Notes under the pieces: generated by a model
Database searches by the model: none
Seen by the model: the letters and a program-made list of their open reading frames with translations, nothing else
What the model was told of the DNA's origin: nothing
Program-made: the position numbers and the translations under genes
Source of the DNA: a virus
Lineage: Duplodnaviria; Caudoviricetes
Virus record (IMG/VR): IMGVR_UViG_3300016644_000028
Location: 1-30,105 of that record
Direction: 5' to 3' (one strand)
DNA length: 30,105 bases
Shown here: in pieces, positions 17,182 through 27,900 of the stretch
How positions within the stretch are numbered: position 1 is the first letter of the stretch
Layout: the number at the start of each line of letters is the position of its first letter

Positions 17182-18057
17182 ATGGCACACCAAATACTAC
17201 CTCCTATTAATTATTATCAAAACGAAACCAATTGGGGGGATTACCAATACATTTCATTATCTCAATTAATAAATAATTTTATGTTAGAACATATTGGAGA
17301 TGATAGACTTTTATCTAATGTAAAGAGATATACTGTTTTACAACATTTAAAAAGAGGGATACAGGAATTTAATTACGACACACTAAAAGAGGTGAAGGTT
17401 ATCGAATTAGAGCTTAATGACGCTTTACTTTTGACTTTACCACACGACTATGTTTCTTATGTAAGGGTTTCGGTATTAGGAAATGACGGATTATTAAGAC
17501 CGTTATCGCAAGATTCAAGAACGTTGATAGGCAGAGCGTACTTGCAAGACCATGAATACAATATATTATTTGATGAAGATGGGTATCCTTTAGAAGCTAA
17601 TGAAACTGAAACTTTTAAAAAATATAGCGTATCTGGTCTCCAAAATGGTAATTTATGTGAACACGACATGGGATTAGGATACCAATATAAATCCCCTAAC
17701 TTTGGTCTTAATCCAAACCTTAATTCTAATGGGTACTTCTCTATTGACAAAAGAAAAGGTGTTATGTCTTTTTCTTCTAATATAGGAGGTAAAACAATTG
17801 TATTAGAATATATTTCAGATGGTCTTGAATACAATAATGGAGATGAAGTAATGGTCCATAAATTTGCAGAACAAGCCTTATATAGTTATGTGAAATACTC
17901 TATACTAAACAATAAGTATGGTGTTCAAGAATATATAATAAATAGAGCAAAGAAAGACTACTACAGAGATTTACAGAATGCAAACATCAGAATGTTAGAC
18001 TTAAACGGATCTGAATTACTTATTTTATTAAACGGTAGAAAAAAATGGCTAAAATAA
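17182..18057 (+). CDS. putative second ring/tail tubular protein
   Basis: LPHDYVSYVRVS and IVLEYISDG motifs; position before nozzle gene. Confidence 0.65.
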   Translation: MAHQILPPINYYQNETNWGDYQYISLSQLINNFMLEHIGDDRLLSNVKRYTVLQHLKRGIQEFNYDTLKEVKVIELELNDALLLTLPHDYVSYVRVSVLGNDGLLRPLSQDSRTLIGRAYLQDHEYNILFDEDGYPLEANETETFKKYSVSGLQNGNLCEHDMGLGYQYKSPNFGLNPNLNSNGYFSIDKRKGVMSFSSNIGGKTIVLEYISDGLEYNNGDEVMVHKFAEQALYSYVKYSILNNKYGVQEYIINRAKKDYYRDLQNANIRMLDLNGSELLILLNGRKKWLK

Positions 18058-21000
18058 AGAATAACTTTTTAAAAGCTACAATTCAAAAAGATTTAGATGA
18101 AAGACTTACTCCTAATGGTCAAATGACTGATGCGGAGAATGTAATGGTAGTGTCGGAGAATAATGGTAATGTAGGTGTTGTTAAGAATATAAAAGGAAAC
18201 GTATTAAAAACAAATTACAACATATATGGGTCTGAAACAATTGGTTCTGTATCTGACGATAAAAATAATAGATGTTTTTATTTTGTTGTATCGCCTAGCT
18301 ATGATTATGTTATAGAGTACAATACCATTACAGATATAAGCGAGATAGTACTTCAGTCTACTCATGGAACTAGCGTCTTGAATTTCAACTCCTCGTATCG
18401 TATATCGCATTCTGACATATTCAGAAGTATTGATGGGGAAGACTTTTTGTCTTGGACTGATGGATTAAATCCTCCTAGAATAGTTAATATTCAAAAAGCA
18501 AAAACATATTCAATTGATGGTTTTACAAGTAAAGAAATTTCTGTAATGAAACCATCTCCTATATTTGCTCCAAGCATATCTTCTGTGAACATTGAAACGG
18601 ATTCTGCTAGTAACTTTTTGGAAGACAAGTTTTTACAATTTGCATACAGATACAAGTATGAAGGAGGTTTTTATTCAGCTATATCTTCATGGAGCGAAGT
18701 GGCTTTTGTTCCAAATAAATTCTCTTTAGACTATCAAACATACGAGAATTTAGGTATGATAAATTTAGCTAATGCTGTAAACATTTCTTTTAATGTTGGA
18801 GACAGACACGTGGTAGGTGTTGATTTATTATTTAAGGAAAGCGAATCAAGTACGGTATATGTTATAGATAAGTTTATAAAAGAGGAAGAAGGTTGGACCA
18901 CAAGTAATGCCAATGTAACTTATATGTTCTCTGGAAACAAAATATATTCAGTATTAGAGGAGTCTCAATATTTCAGAAATTTTGACAATGTCCCTCTAAC
19001 AGCACTTACTCAAGCTAAGGTTGGAAACAGATTGATATATGGAAACTTTACAGAGGGAATGGACATCAATCAAAAAGTATCTTTATCTGTTGACTATGTA
19101 TCTAGTGATTTAACTTTGGAAGAAAAAGAAGGTCAAGTATATTCCTTTGTTGATGATGTAAACCTTTACTCTAACGTTGTTGATTTTGAGAGAGGCGTGG
19201 ATGACGGAGGATTAGCTCCTGTTGACCAAATGAATTACTCTACAAATGAAGTTGAAATGAGTATTTCTGGAGCTGTAAGTGCCGACTTTATAATAGAGGT
19301 AACGCCTAAATCTCAGTATTCAAGTTCTGAGTATAATATTTTAGTAATGGAAGGTGTTACAGTTCTTGATTCGTGGACTGGATTAATAGGTAACAACACA
19401 AGAACATATACTACATCTACAGATAGAAATATAAGACTAGTCATTACATCTGACGACGGATTGATATACGATTTAAAGTTAAACTACAACATAATAGGTG
19501 CTCTTGGTGTTCAAATATCTAGATACGATTATTTTGCTAACGATCAACTTTGTTATCCAATAAGCACGTCTTATGGAACTGATTTTGAAGGAGATACTAT
19601 TATACAAAGATATGTTGAATTTGACTTCACTAATTTTAATTTCGAGCAAGGAAATCAGATTAGATTTGAATTTGAATTACAATCATCTTTGGTGTTCGAA
19701 GTAAAACCATCTCTGACTTATTTTTACACGTTAGAAAATAATTATACTGACTTACAAGACTTTTTATTAAACTCTTCTTTTGTTGAGAATATAGAGGGTG
19801 TTTTTTCGACATCTTTTGTAGAGGGTGTTAATGCTTTTGCTAGTAATGCAGGTGTTAGAGTTACATATGATGGTTTTAAAATTGACAGCGCTTTAAACAC
19901 GTTAAGAATTACTACGCCTAAAATTACATACACGGTAACTGAAGATAGTGGCAACATAGAGGATAAAGTAGATTTTTATTTAATTAACTCTGTTTTATTC
20001 AAGTATTTGGGAGGAGATTCCTTTAAAAGTATGCACTCAAATAGAGATTATACTTGCGATATAATTTACCTAGATTCTGAAGGTAGAAAAACTACTGTAT
20101 TGAGTGGTGGGTCTACATCTATTTATATACCAGCAGAAGAAAGCGCAATGGTTAATAAATTAGTAGTAACAACAAACTCTAATCCCCCTTCGGAAGCAAG
20201 GTATTATAAATTTGCTATAAAAGAAACTAAAAGAGTTTACAATACTATTTATGGTAACGTTGTTTATGAAGATGGAATATACAGATGGATAAAATTAGTT
20301 GGAGAAAACAAAAACAAAGTAAAAGAAGGAGATATCCTTATATTGAAGTCTGATTTCTCTGGAGTAACAGAAGCTAATATTCAAATTAAAGTTTTAGAGG
20401 TAGCTACAAATCAAAGGGATTTTATACCAAATAATCTAATGCCTAATGGTGATGATTTAATAGAAGAAAGTGGTCTTTACTTTAAAATAAAACAAGGGGC
20501 TTTTGATATAAATGTTCCTGATAATTCTTTCGTTACATACGAAGGTTTTGGTAAAAGAAGATATGCCACAAGAAGCTTTGTTACAACATCGCCTTTATTT
20601 GGAGAATATGATGATACAAATACATTTGTACCGACACCTATACCTGCTGGGACTAAAATAAACTTTACAGTAAGAATTTGGGCTAAAGGAGCTATTGCTT
20701 TTGACCACAGATTTGAAGTAGATACATTTGCACAAGAAGACTACGATAGCATGAAGTCTTGGTGGGATGCTGAAGTTTCTACATTAAGTTCTTGGTCTTT
20801 TTACGCTGATAGTTATTTAAGAGATTATCAATGGAATATTGATGATGGTTTTGGCACTAGCTTTAAAGTAAAACCATGGAGAGATGGTACTGCTTCAAGA
20901 GATATTATGACAAAAGTTTCTTTTGATGTTGTATATACTGGCGGTAATTTAGTTTTTGAGAATTACGAAGCAGAGAATTTAAACAACCCTTACTTTGAAA

Positions 21001-22478
21001 GTGTTGAAACATATAAGATAGTAAACGGTCAGCATTTTTCAGGTAACACGCTAACACCAAATATTCATACATTAAATAGAACATTTAATTGCTTCTGTTT
21101 TGGTAATGGCATAGAAAGCAATACTATTCGTGACTCTTTTAGTGGCAAGAAGTTTTATATAAATTCAAATGCAACAAGCATAAGCGATGATGAGTATAGA
21201 AAAATAAATAGATTTGCAGACTTAACATATTCTGGTGTTTATCAAGAAAGGACAAGTGTAAACAAGCTAAATGAATTTAATTTATCTTTAGCAAATTACA
21301 AAGATGATATTGAAAAAAAATACGGAAAAATAGTTAAACTTGATTCTGACGAAACAGACTTACTTGTAATTCAAGAAAACAAATGGAGCAAAGTGTTGTA
21401 TGGTAAAAGTTTATTGTATAATGCAGATGCAACAACTAATGTTTCAAGAATAGAAGACGTTTTAGGGCAACAAGTAATGTACTCAGGAGAATATGGTATA
21501 TCAAGCCACCCTGAATCTTATGTTAAATACGGATCTAACTCTTACTGTACAGATTTAAAAAGAGGTGTTGTGTTAAGACTAAATAACACCAATGGTCTTT
21601 CTGAAATAAGTTCTTTTGGAATGAGAGATTATTTTAAGAGATTGTTTAGAGATAATCAAATATTAAATATAATTGGTAGTTATGACCCTTTCTTTGATTT
21701 GTACGTTGTAAATGTTAAATATGTAGTTCCAGGAAAAAATTATGCTGGATTAGAAATTCCTTATGATTACGTAACTTGGTCTTTTTCAGATGAAGCTCAA
21801 GGTTTCTTAGGAAGACAGTCTTTTAATCCCGATTCTATGGTTAAAGTTAATAATGACTTTATTTCGTTTAAAGGAGCTAATTTATACAAACACAACATTG
21901 GTCCGTACAATACATTCTATGGAACTAGAACGAAATCATTGTTTGAGTTTAATTTTAATGAAGAGCCTTCTACTAGAAAGATATTCAAAAATATCTCGAT
22001 AGAGGGTAATGCGTCTTGGAATACATTTGTTAGAACGGAAATGCAAAACGGATTTTTAACATCTTCTGACTACAAAAACAAAGAAGAAGTGTATTATGGA
22101 TACATAAGAGGCAATGATTCTTTAGATTTTAGCACATTATCTGTTTTTGGTATAGGTGAAGTTTCTTTAATATTAGGTAGTAACTATTATTTTAAAGAAA
22201 TACCAAGTGCTTTAAGTGTTGGTGATACTATAAGGATATTAAATGGTAGTCAGTTTGGAACTGTAACAGCTATAACAAAGACGTATATTACGATAAATGT
22301 TATCCCTGGACTTCCATTTTCTGTTGGAGTTGGTACGTTTTTATTAGCATCTAAATCTAGCGTTATGGAAACGTCTGGTATTAGAGGTTATTATATGAAT
22401 ACAAGGCTTGAATTGGATACTTCAGAATACGCTGAAGTGTTTGCTGTAAATTCAGAAGTAGCAAAATCTTTTGAATAA
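18045..22478 (+). CDS. tail nozzle/muzzle (stabilisation) protein
   Basis: 1477 aa, beta-rich; DLDERL.P.G...DAENV start, WTDGLNPPR, QFAYRYKY, YGISSHPES, GIRGYYM end. Confidence 0.72.
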   Translation: MAKIKNNFLKATIQKDLDERLTPNGQMTDAENVMVVSENNGNVGVVKNIKGNVLKTNYNIYGSETIGSVSDDKNNRCFYFVVSPSYDYVIEYNTITDISEIVLQSTHGTSVLNFNSSYRISHSDIFRSIDGEDFLSWTDGLNPPRIVNIQKAKTYSIDGFTSKEISVMKPSPIFAPSISSVNIETDSASNFLEDKFLQFAYRYKYEGGFYSAISSWSEVAFVPNKFSLDYQTYENLGMINLANAVNISFNVGDRHVVGVDLLFKESESSTVYVIDKFIKEEEGWTTSNANVTYMFSGNKIYSVLEESQYFRNFDNVPLTALTQAKVGNRLIYGNFTEGMDINQKVSLSVDYVSSDLTLEEKEGQVYSFVDDVNLYSNVVDFERGVDDGGLAPVDQMNYSTNEVEMSISGAVSADFIIEVTPKSQYSSSEYNILVMEGVTVLDSWTGLIGNNTRTYTTSTDRNIRLVITSDDGLIYDLKLNYNIIGALGVQISRYDYFANDQLCYPISTSYGTDFEGDTIIQRYVEFDFTNFNFEQGNQIRFEFELQSSLVFEVKPSLTYFYTLENNYTDLQDFLLNSSFVENIEGVFSTSFVEGVNAFASNAGVRVTYDGFKIDSALNTLRITTPKITYTVTEDSGNIEDKVDFYLINSVLFKYLGGDSFKSMHSNRDYTCDIIYLDSEGRKTTVLSGGSTSIYIPAEESAMVNKLVVTTNSNPPSEARYYKFAIKETKRVYNTIYGNVVYEDGIYRWIKLVGENKNKVKEGDILILKSDFSGVTEANIQIKVLEVATNQRDFIPNNLMPNGDDLIEESGLYFKIKQGAFDINVPDNSFVTYEGFGKRRYATRSFVTTSPLFGEYDDTNTFVPTPIPAGTKINFTVRIWAKGAIAFDHRFEVDTFAQEDYDSMKSWWDAEVSTLSSWSFYADSYLRDYQWNIDDGFGTSFKVKPWRDGTASRDIMTKVSFDVVYTGGNLVFENYEAENLNNPYFESVETYKIVNGQHFSGNTLTPNIHTLNRTFNCFCFGNGIESNTIRDSFSGKKFYINSNATSISDDEYRKINRFADLTYSGVYQERTSVNKLNEFNLSLANYKDDIEKKYGKIVKLDSDETDLLVIQENKWSKVLYGKSLLYNADATTNVSRIEDVLGQQVMYSGEYGISSHPESYVKYGSNSYCTDLKRGVVLRLNNTNGLSEISSFGMRDYFKRLFRDNQILNIIGSYDPFFDLYVVNVKYVVPGKNYAGLEIPYDYVTWSFSDEAQGFLGRQSFNPDSMVKVNNDFISFKGANLYKHNIGPYNTFYGTRTKSLFEFNFNEEPSTRKIFKNISIEGNASWNTFVRTEMQNGFLTSSDYKNKEEVYYGYIRGNDSLDFSTLSVFGIGEVSLILGSNYYFKEIPSALSVGDTIRILNGSQFGTVTAITKTYITINVIPGLPFSVGVGTFLLASKSSVMETSGIRGYYMNTRLELDTSEYAEVFAVNSEVAKSFE

Positions 22479-22484
22479 ATGCTT

Positions 22485-22494
22485 TATCTTTGCA
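22485..22494 (+). promoter_or_regulatory. Bacteroidota -7 promoter element
   Basis: TATCTTTGCA just after nozzle stop; implies next gene starts at ATG 22497. Confidence 0.65.
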
Positions 22495-22496
22495 AT

Positions 22497-22904
22497 ATGG
22501 ATATAAGAATAGCAAGACATACTGATTACGAAATATTAAAAGAATGGTGGAGTTTTTGGAGATTTCCAGCTCCATCACCTCTTTTATTACCTCAATATGA
22601 AGAAGGATTGTTTAATGGTCTTATTGTGTCAGAAAAAGGGAAAGATTTAGCTTCAGGATTCTTGTATGAAACAAATTCAGGTATTGCTTGGTTAGAATTT
22701 ATTGTAACAAATCCAAAGACAACATCTGATGAACGAAATAAAGCTATTTTAAGGCTATTAGAAGAACTTTCTTCTTCTGCTAAGGAGTTAGGGTTTTCAG
22801 TGATATTTTCGTCTATTAAGAACGAGAATTTAATTAATAAGTATATAGAGAACGGATTCTCTATCGGAACAAAAGGAACAACAGAATTAATAAAGATACT
22901 ATAA
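22497..22904 (+). CDS. GNAT-fold-like protein
   Basis: IRIA...DY, AWLEFIVTNP, AKELGFSVIF, Y.ENGF pattern; located between nozzle and ejection genes. ORF track start (22479) overlaps the promoter motif. Confidence 0.6.
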   Translation: MDIRIARHTDYEILKEWWSFWRFPAPSPLLLPQYEEGLFNGLIVSEKGKDLASGFLYETNSGIAWLEFIVTNPKTTSDERNKAILRLLEELSSSAKELGFSVIFSSIKNENLINKYIENGFSIGTKGTTELIKIL

Positions 22905-22916
22905 AAAATATATAAG

Positions 22917-23543
22917 ATGGCAGCAGCAACTTCGATTGCAATGGCTGGTGTTGGGCTCTTAGGTTCAGGATACCAAGCTATAAAAGGAGCGAAAGACGCA
23001 AGAGATGCGAAAAACGCTTTAGATAATTATCAAAGACAAGAGTTTAATAATATTGCTGAAGGACTTCAAGTTTCTACTTTAGGTGCTGATTTACAAAGAG
23101 AGGAGCAAGCAAGATTAGCTTCTTCTCAAGTTGACGCACTACAAGGTATGGGAGCGAGAGGTGTCATTGGTGGTCTTGGAAGGGTTGAGGCAGGAAATCA
23201 AATGGTTAACAGACAGATTGCTGCTGACTTAGATATGCAACAAAGACAGATAGACCAGATGAGAGCGCAAGATGAGGCTAACATTAGAAGTATGCAAGAG
23301 CAAAGAGAAATGCAAGACATTGCAGGATTATCTTCTCAATACAATGCTGGAAATCAAATGATGTGGCAAGGTATTGGAGGAATAGCTCAAGGTGCTATGG
23401 CAGGATTAGGGGCTTTAGGTAAGTCAACCACTCCTACATCTAATGGAAATGCTTATGCAAATCAATTCTCTAATATGAAGAATGATGTACAACCATTATT
23501 TAATTATACACCTCAAACTAATTTATTTCCACAAACTAAATAA
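22917..23543 (+). CDS. putative DNA ejection / internal virion protein 1
   Basis: A/G-rich hydrophobic N-terminus, Q-rich coiled-coil, second G/A-rich segment; analogous to T7 gp14 / P22 gp7. Confidence 0.65.
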   Translation: MAAATSIAMAGVGLLGSGYQAIKGAKDARDAKNALDNYQRQEFNNIAEGLQVSTLGADLQREEQARLASSQVDALQGMGARGVIGGLGRVEAGNQMVNRQIAADLDMQQRQIDQMRAQDEANIRSMQEQREMQDIAGLSSQYNAGNQMMWQGIGGIAQGAMAGLGALGKSTTPTSNGNAYANQFSNMKNDVQPLFNYTPQTNLFPQTK

Positions 23544-23545
23544 TT

Positions 23546-24928
23546 ATGGCAGTAGTAGGTAATGTAGGGACATACGCTCAGGTACAACCAATTGAAGGAC
23601 CAAACTTTGGAGGAATGGTTCAAGCTCAGTTTGACAAACTTGATGCAGAAAGAAAAGCTAAAGCAAGAGCAGAAGAAGAAGCTAAGGCTAAAAAACAAGA
23701 AGAATTAGACAAACTTACTCTGCCATCTTTAAAGACGTCTAACATTTCTGAAATGAATAGACAGTCGGAGGAGAAATATAAACAAATGTATTCTGAATAT
23801 GTTGAAAAAGTAAGAGCAGGAGATATAAATGGAGCTAGACAATTGATATCATCTGTAGGCACATTGAATAACGCTGTTCAATTTTTTAATGATAAATATA
23901 AAGAAGTAACATCAGCAGAAGGAAAGTATAATTCTCAATTCTTAACAGAATTCGAAGATCTTCTTAGAAATATAAATGACGCTAACTCAGACATAGAATA
24001 CAAAGGGAATGGTCTTGACGTTGTAACTATATATAAAGACCCTGAAAAAAAAGAAGTTCTTGTTAAAGGGAATCTAAATGAGATATTAAATTCAATTAAT
24101 GTTCCTTTTAAGTTTGATGAAAATATGTTAAATAAAAGTGTCGGTTCTTTTGTAAAAACATTTAAACCTGATAAGATTGAGACTATTATAAATAAAGGTC
24201 CTTTATATGGGACTCAAAGTATAGAAGATTCATTAAACGACCCTGAGATTAATGACGAGCTTAGAAGACAAGCTAAGAATATGGTTGCAGATAGAAATAC
24301 AAGGGCTTTTTACGCACAAGAAAAAAGAATGAGTTTATTTCAAATAGACAACTTTGATGAAACACAAAAAAAAGAAGCTGAAGATTATTTTTACAAAATA
24401 TATAAAGATGCACTTAGAAGAGAAGTGGATTTATCTATAGCTAGAAAATCAGAAGGAGGAAGTGGTGGATCTAAATCAGGTGGTTTTAATATTGTTCAGT
24501 CTACACTTGAAATACCCAAGACTTACTCTTTAGATACTGCATCGGTGCTTTATAATGATAAGAAACAAGATATTAATATGCCTGCTGGGTCTATATCTTT
24601 CAATGTAGCAAAAGAAGGCGGTGTTTCTATTATAGTTGGAGATAGAAAGCTTAATGATATTGTTTACGACCCTAATTCAAAGAAAATGATTTTTGCATTA
24701 TCTACATCAGCTAGTTCAAGACAAGGAGCTAGTTCTGGAGGAGCTAGTGCTGGGGAAGGTGAAAGTAATAAAGAATCGTCTTGGTTTACAGAAAGAGATT
24801 TAAGTTTTGAGCAATTAAAGAACTCATTAAACACAATACCTTCTCTTAGAGGAAGAATAAAAACTAAAGATGATATTGTGAAGTACGTTTTAGGTATTCA
24901 AGAAAAAAAGGTAGATGAAAATTTATAA
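23546..24928 (+). CDS. putative ejection / internal virion protein 2
   Basis: 460 aa, helical and charged with G/S linkers; position in ejection cluster. Confidence 0.55.
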   Translation: MAVVGNVGTYAQVQPIEGPNFGGMVQAQFDKLDAERKAKARAEEEAKAKKQEELDKLTLPSLKTSNISEMNRQSEEKYKQMYSEYVEKVRAGDINGARQLISSVGTLNNAVQFFNDKYKEVTSAEGKYNSQFLTEFEDLLRNINDANSDIEYKGNGLDVVTIYKDPEKKEVLVKGNLNEILNSINVPFKFDENMLNKSVGSFVKTFKPDKIETIINKGPLYGTQSIEDSLNDPEINDELRRQAKNMVADRNTRAFYAQEKRMSLFQIDNFDETQKKEAEDYFYKIYKDALRREVDLSIARKSEGGSGGSKSGGFNIVQSTLEIPKTYSLDTASVLYNDKKQDINMPAGSISFNVAKEGGVSIIVGDRKLNDIVYDPNSKKMIFALSTSASSRQGASSGGASAGEGESNKESSWFTERDLSFEQLKNSLNTIPSLRGRIKTKDDIVKYVLGIQEKKVDENL

Positions 24929-24946
24929 AAAGTAAAGATAATATAT

Positions 24947-27900
24947 ATGTCAAGAATTGATACAAATTTTGTAAAACAATTATACTCACAGGCTGGTGTT
25001 GAGCTTACACCTGAAAAGCTTGACCACATTTCAAACAACTATTCTTCGAATGAAGAGTTACAATCTGCTTTTGAATTAAAATACGGCTCAATGAATGCGT
25101 CTACCCCTGAAAAAAAAAATTCAGATGTGACTTCAGTTTCTACTTCAGAAGTTCCTCAATCGGAATCTCAGCAACCACAGAAGAAAGCAAGTTCTTTATC
25201 GGTTGGAGGAAAACCAAAGAAAACTGGGGCTTCGGAATCTTCCACTGGAAAAGGTAAAAAAGTAGGTGGTAAAGAGGTTAAAAAAGAATCAAAATCTGAA
25301 GATTTAATTTCAAAATTTGGTATTAAACCTGGAGAAAAGATACAAGGTGCTGAAAAAAAAGCATACGAAGCTAAAAGAAATATGCCTAAAGTAGGAACAA
25401 CTAAATCTAAATCTGTTGTTTCGACTAAACCTGTATCAGAAAATTTAACAAAGCAAGTAGAAGAAAAATACGAAACTTTATCTAAAATACCTGCTGTTAC
25501 TGAAAAATTAGAAGAAGGAGCTAAATTAAGTCCTGATGAATTACTAACAATAAGCAAGCAACAGGATTTAGTCATAAGCCAAAGTTATGACCCTTTTATA
25601 TCTCAAAAGAAATTAGATGATGAACTTAATGAATACCAATTTTTAGATGGTATTTCAGAAGGTATTAGAAGCTCTACTAATAAATTCTTTTTACAACCAT
25701 TAACAGAAGTTAACAAATTCTTTGGAGGAGATAAAGATTTTACTATAAAGAAAGGTATTCCTTTAGCGAATGAAATGGAGGAAGCTGAAAAAGAATTAAT
25801 ATCTGAAAAAGGTATTGGTAATTTCTCAAAAGAAGATATTTCAGAAAAAGCAAAGAGTATATTCTTAAAGAATGATGAGATGTCTCAAAAGAAGAATGCT
25901 ACAGATGCTTATTTTAGTAGTTTACCAGAAGGTCATTCAGTACAGAGAGAGTTAGAAATAAAAAAGAAGTCTGATGTGTTTAAGTTGAACGAAGATGTTA
26001 AGAAAACTGTTCAACTAAAACAGTTAAATGACGACAGAATATTAGCCTACAATCAGTTTTTGTTAGATATAGATAAAAAAGGATTTGCAACGGAAGAAGA
26101 TAAAATTAAAGGTCAAGAGTTATTTAATTTAGCAAAAAAAGCAGAAGAAGATAATGTTTTTTTAAGAAAAGAATATTTATCTAATATGTCTAAACTGCAA
26201 AAAGATGAAGAAAAATTAGAACTCTTAAAATATAATTATAACGACCTAGATAAAACAAGGGAAATACTAAATAACTTTTTTAAAGAAACTATAGGAGGTG
26301 GTTTAAAGCTTTTAGGTGAAACAAGAGAATTTGTATTTGAACAGACTCTTGGAAGAGTTACTGATTCACAATATGAAGATCCGTTATCTATGGCTGGAGA
26401 CTATGTAATGGATATAGGTAAAGAATGGAAAAAAGGAAAGCCTGAATTCAGAATGATGACTCTTGATGATGTTAACAATTGGAGTGATGCAGGAAGTTGG
26501 TTAGGTCAAACTGCTACAGAACAAACTGGTGTTGTGGCTGCTTTATCAATTGGTGGTCCAATCGGTTTAGAAATTATATCTGCTGGGTCTGGAGGTGATA
26601 AGATAAAACAAATGGAAGAATCTGAAAAAGATTATTCTCAATTACAAAAAGTATTATCTGGATGGGCTTATTATGGCGCTGAAAAATATACAGAGAAATA
26701 TTCCACTTTTAAATACATAGAAGATTTAAAAGGGTCTTTAAACACTATATCAAAAGAATCAAGAAATTTAGCTGAAAAAGAATTCAAAAAAGAAGTAGGA
26801 AAGGTTTTTGCTGGTACTTTAGCGCAAACTCAAATTGGAGCTAGCTCAGAAGCGCTATCTTCTTTGTCCAACTCTATATCTGACATATTTATTAATGGAG
26901 ATAAAATGTCTTCTAGTGACATAGCTAAAAACATTAAAGAAGCTTATGCTGCTGGTCTTGTTATGGATGGTGGTATTTCTTCTTTTGGAGCTTTATCTAC
27001 TTTTGCATCAAGAGAACTTAGAGCTATATCTGATAATAAAGACATTAAAGATGTAAGAGAAATAATTGATAGAGTAGAGAGTATAAACAAAGAGTTAAAT
27101 ACAAATTTATTGTTAACAGATTCAGATAAAAAAACACTTCAAGATAAAGCAAATTCTCTTTCTGAAAAAGCCGTTAAGATAGTTGCAAAATCAGTTGATA
27201 ATGTAGGTAAATTATCTGAAAAAGAAATTACAGAGTTGCTTGATATAAACAAAGAGCAATCAGACTTGAAATCTAAACTTAATGAATTAAATAAGTCAGC
27301 TATGTCTTCTGATTTAAAGAAAGACCAATATAATGACTTGAACAGTAGATTCATAGCTTTAGAGGAAAAAAGAAACGATATTTTAAAAGGAACGTATAAT
27401 GAATTTAATTATCTTCCTGAAGAAGAACAAACAAAACTTAAAACTCAAGCAACAGAAGCTATTATTCAAGAAGAATTAGATAAAGGGGTAGAAAAAGAAA
27501 AAATACAAGAGCCTAATGCAGAAGTAATTAATAAAAAAGCAATAGAAATATATGAATCAAACAAGCAAACTACAGGACAAGTTTCCGAGCAAGAAAAACC
27601 TACAATCACAACCAAAGCAGAACTCGTTGACACAACACAGCAAAAAACAGAGTTGCAGTCACAAGAAAAAATAAGTACAACACCTAAAACAGAAACAGAT
27701 GCCGTTCAAGAGCAAATCACAGATGAAAGCGTGCTACAGCCAAAACAATCCGAAATGGGATTGCAAGAAATGGAGCAAGGAGACACCAAACAAGAAGTCT
27801 TTACCAAACAAGGTGAAGAAATCTTCTCAGAAATAGAGGGAAAAGATTTATCAGACAAAACTACTTACGATAAAGTCTATGACTTCTTAACCAAAATAGA

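Noticed and set aside
24044-24066. Other A8 runs in coding sequence (about 21313, 24045, 24366, 25353) as frameshift sites
   Set aside because: The -1 frame reaches a stop within about 3-6 codons in each case; no dual-coding signature.
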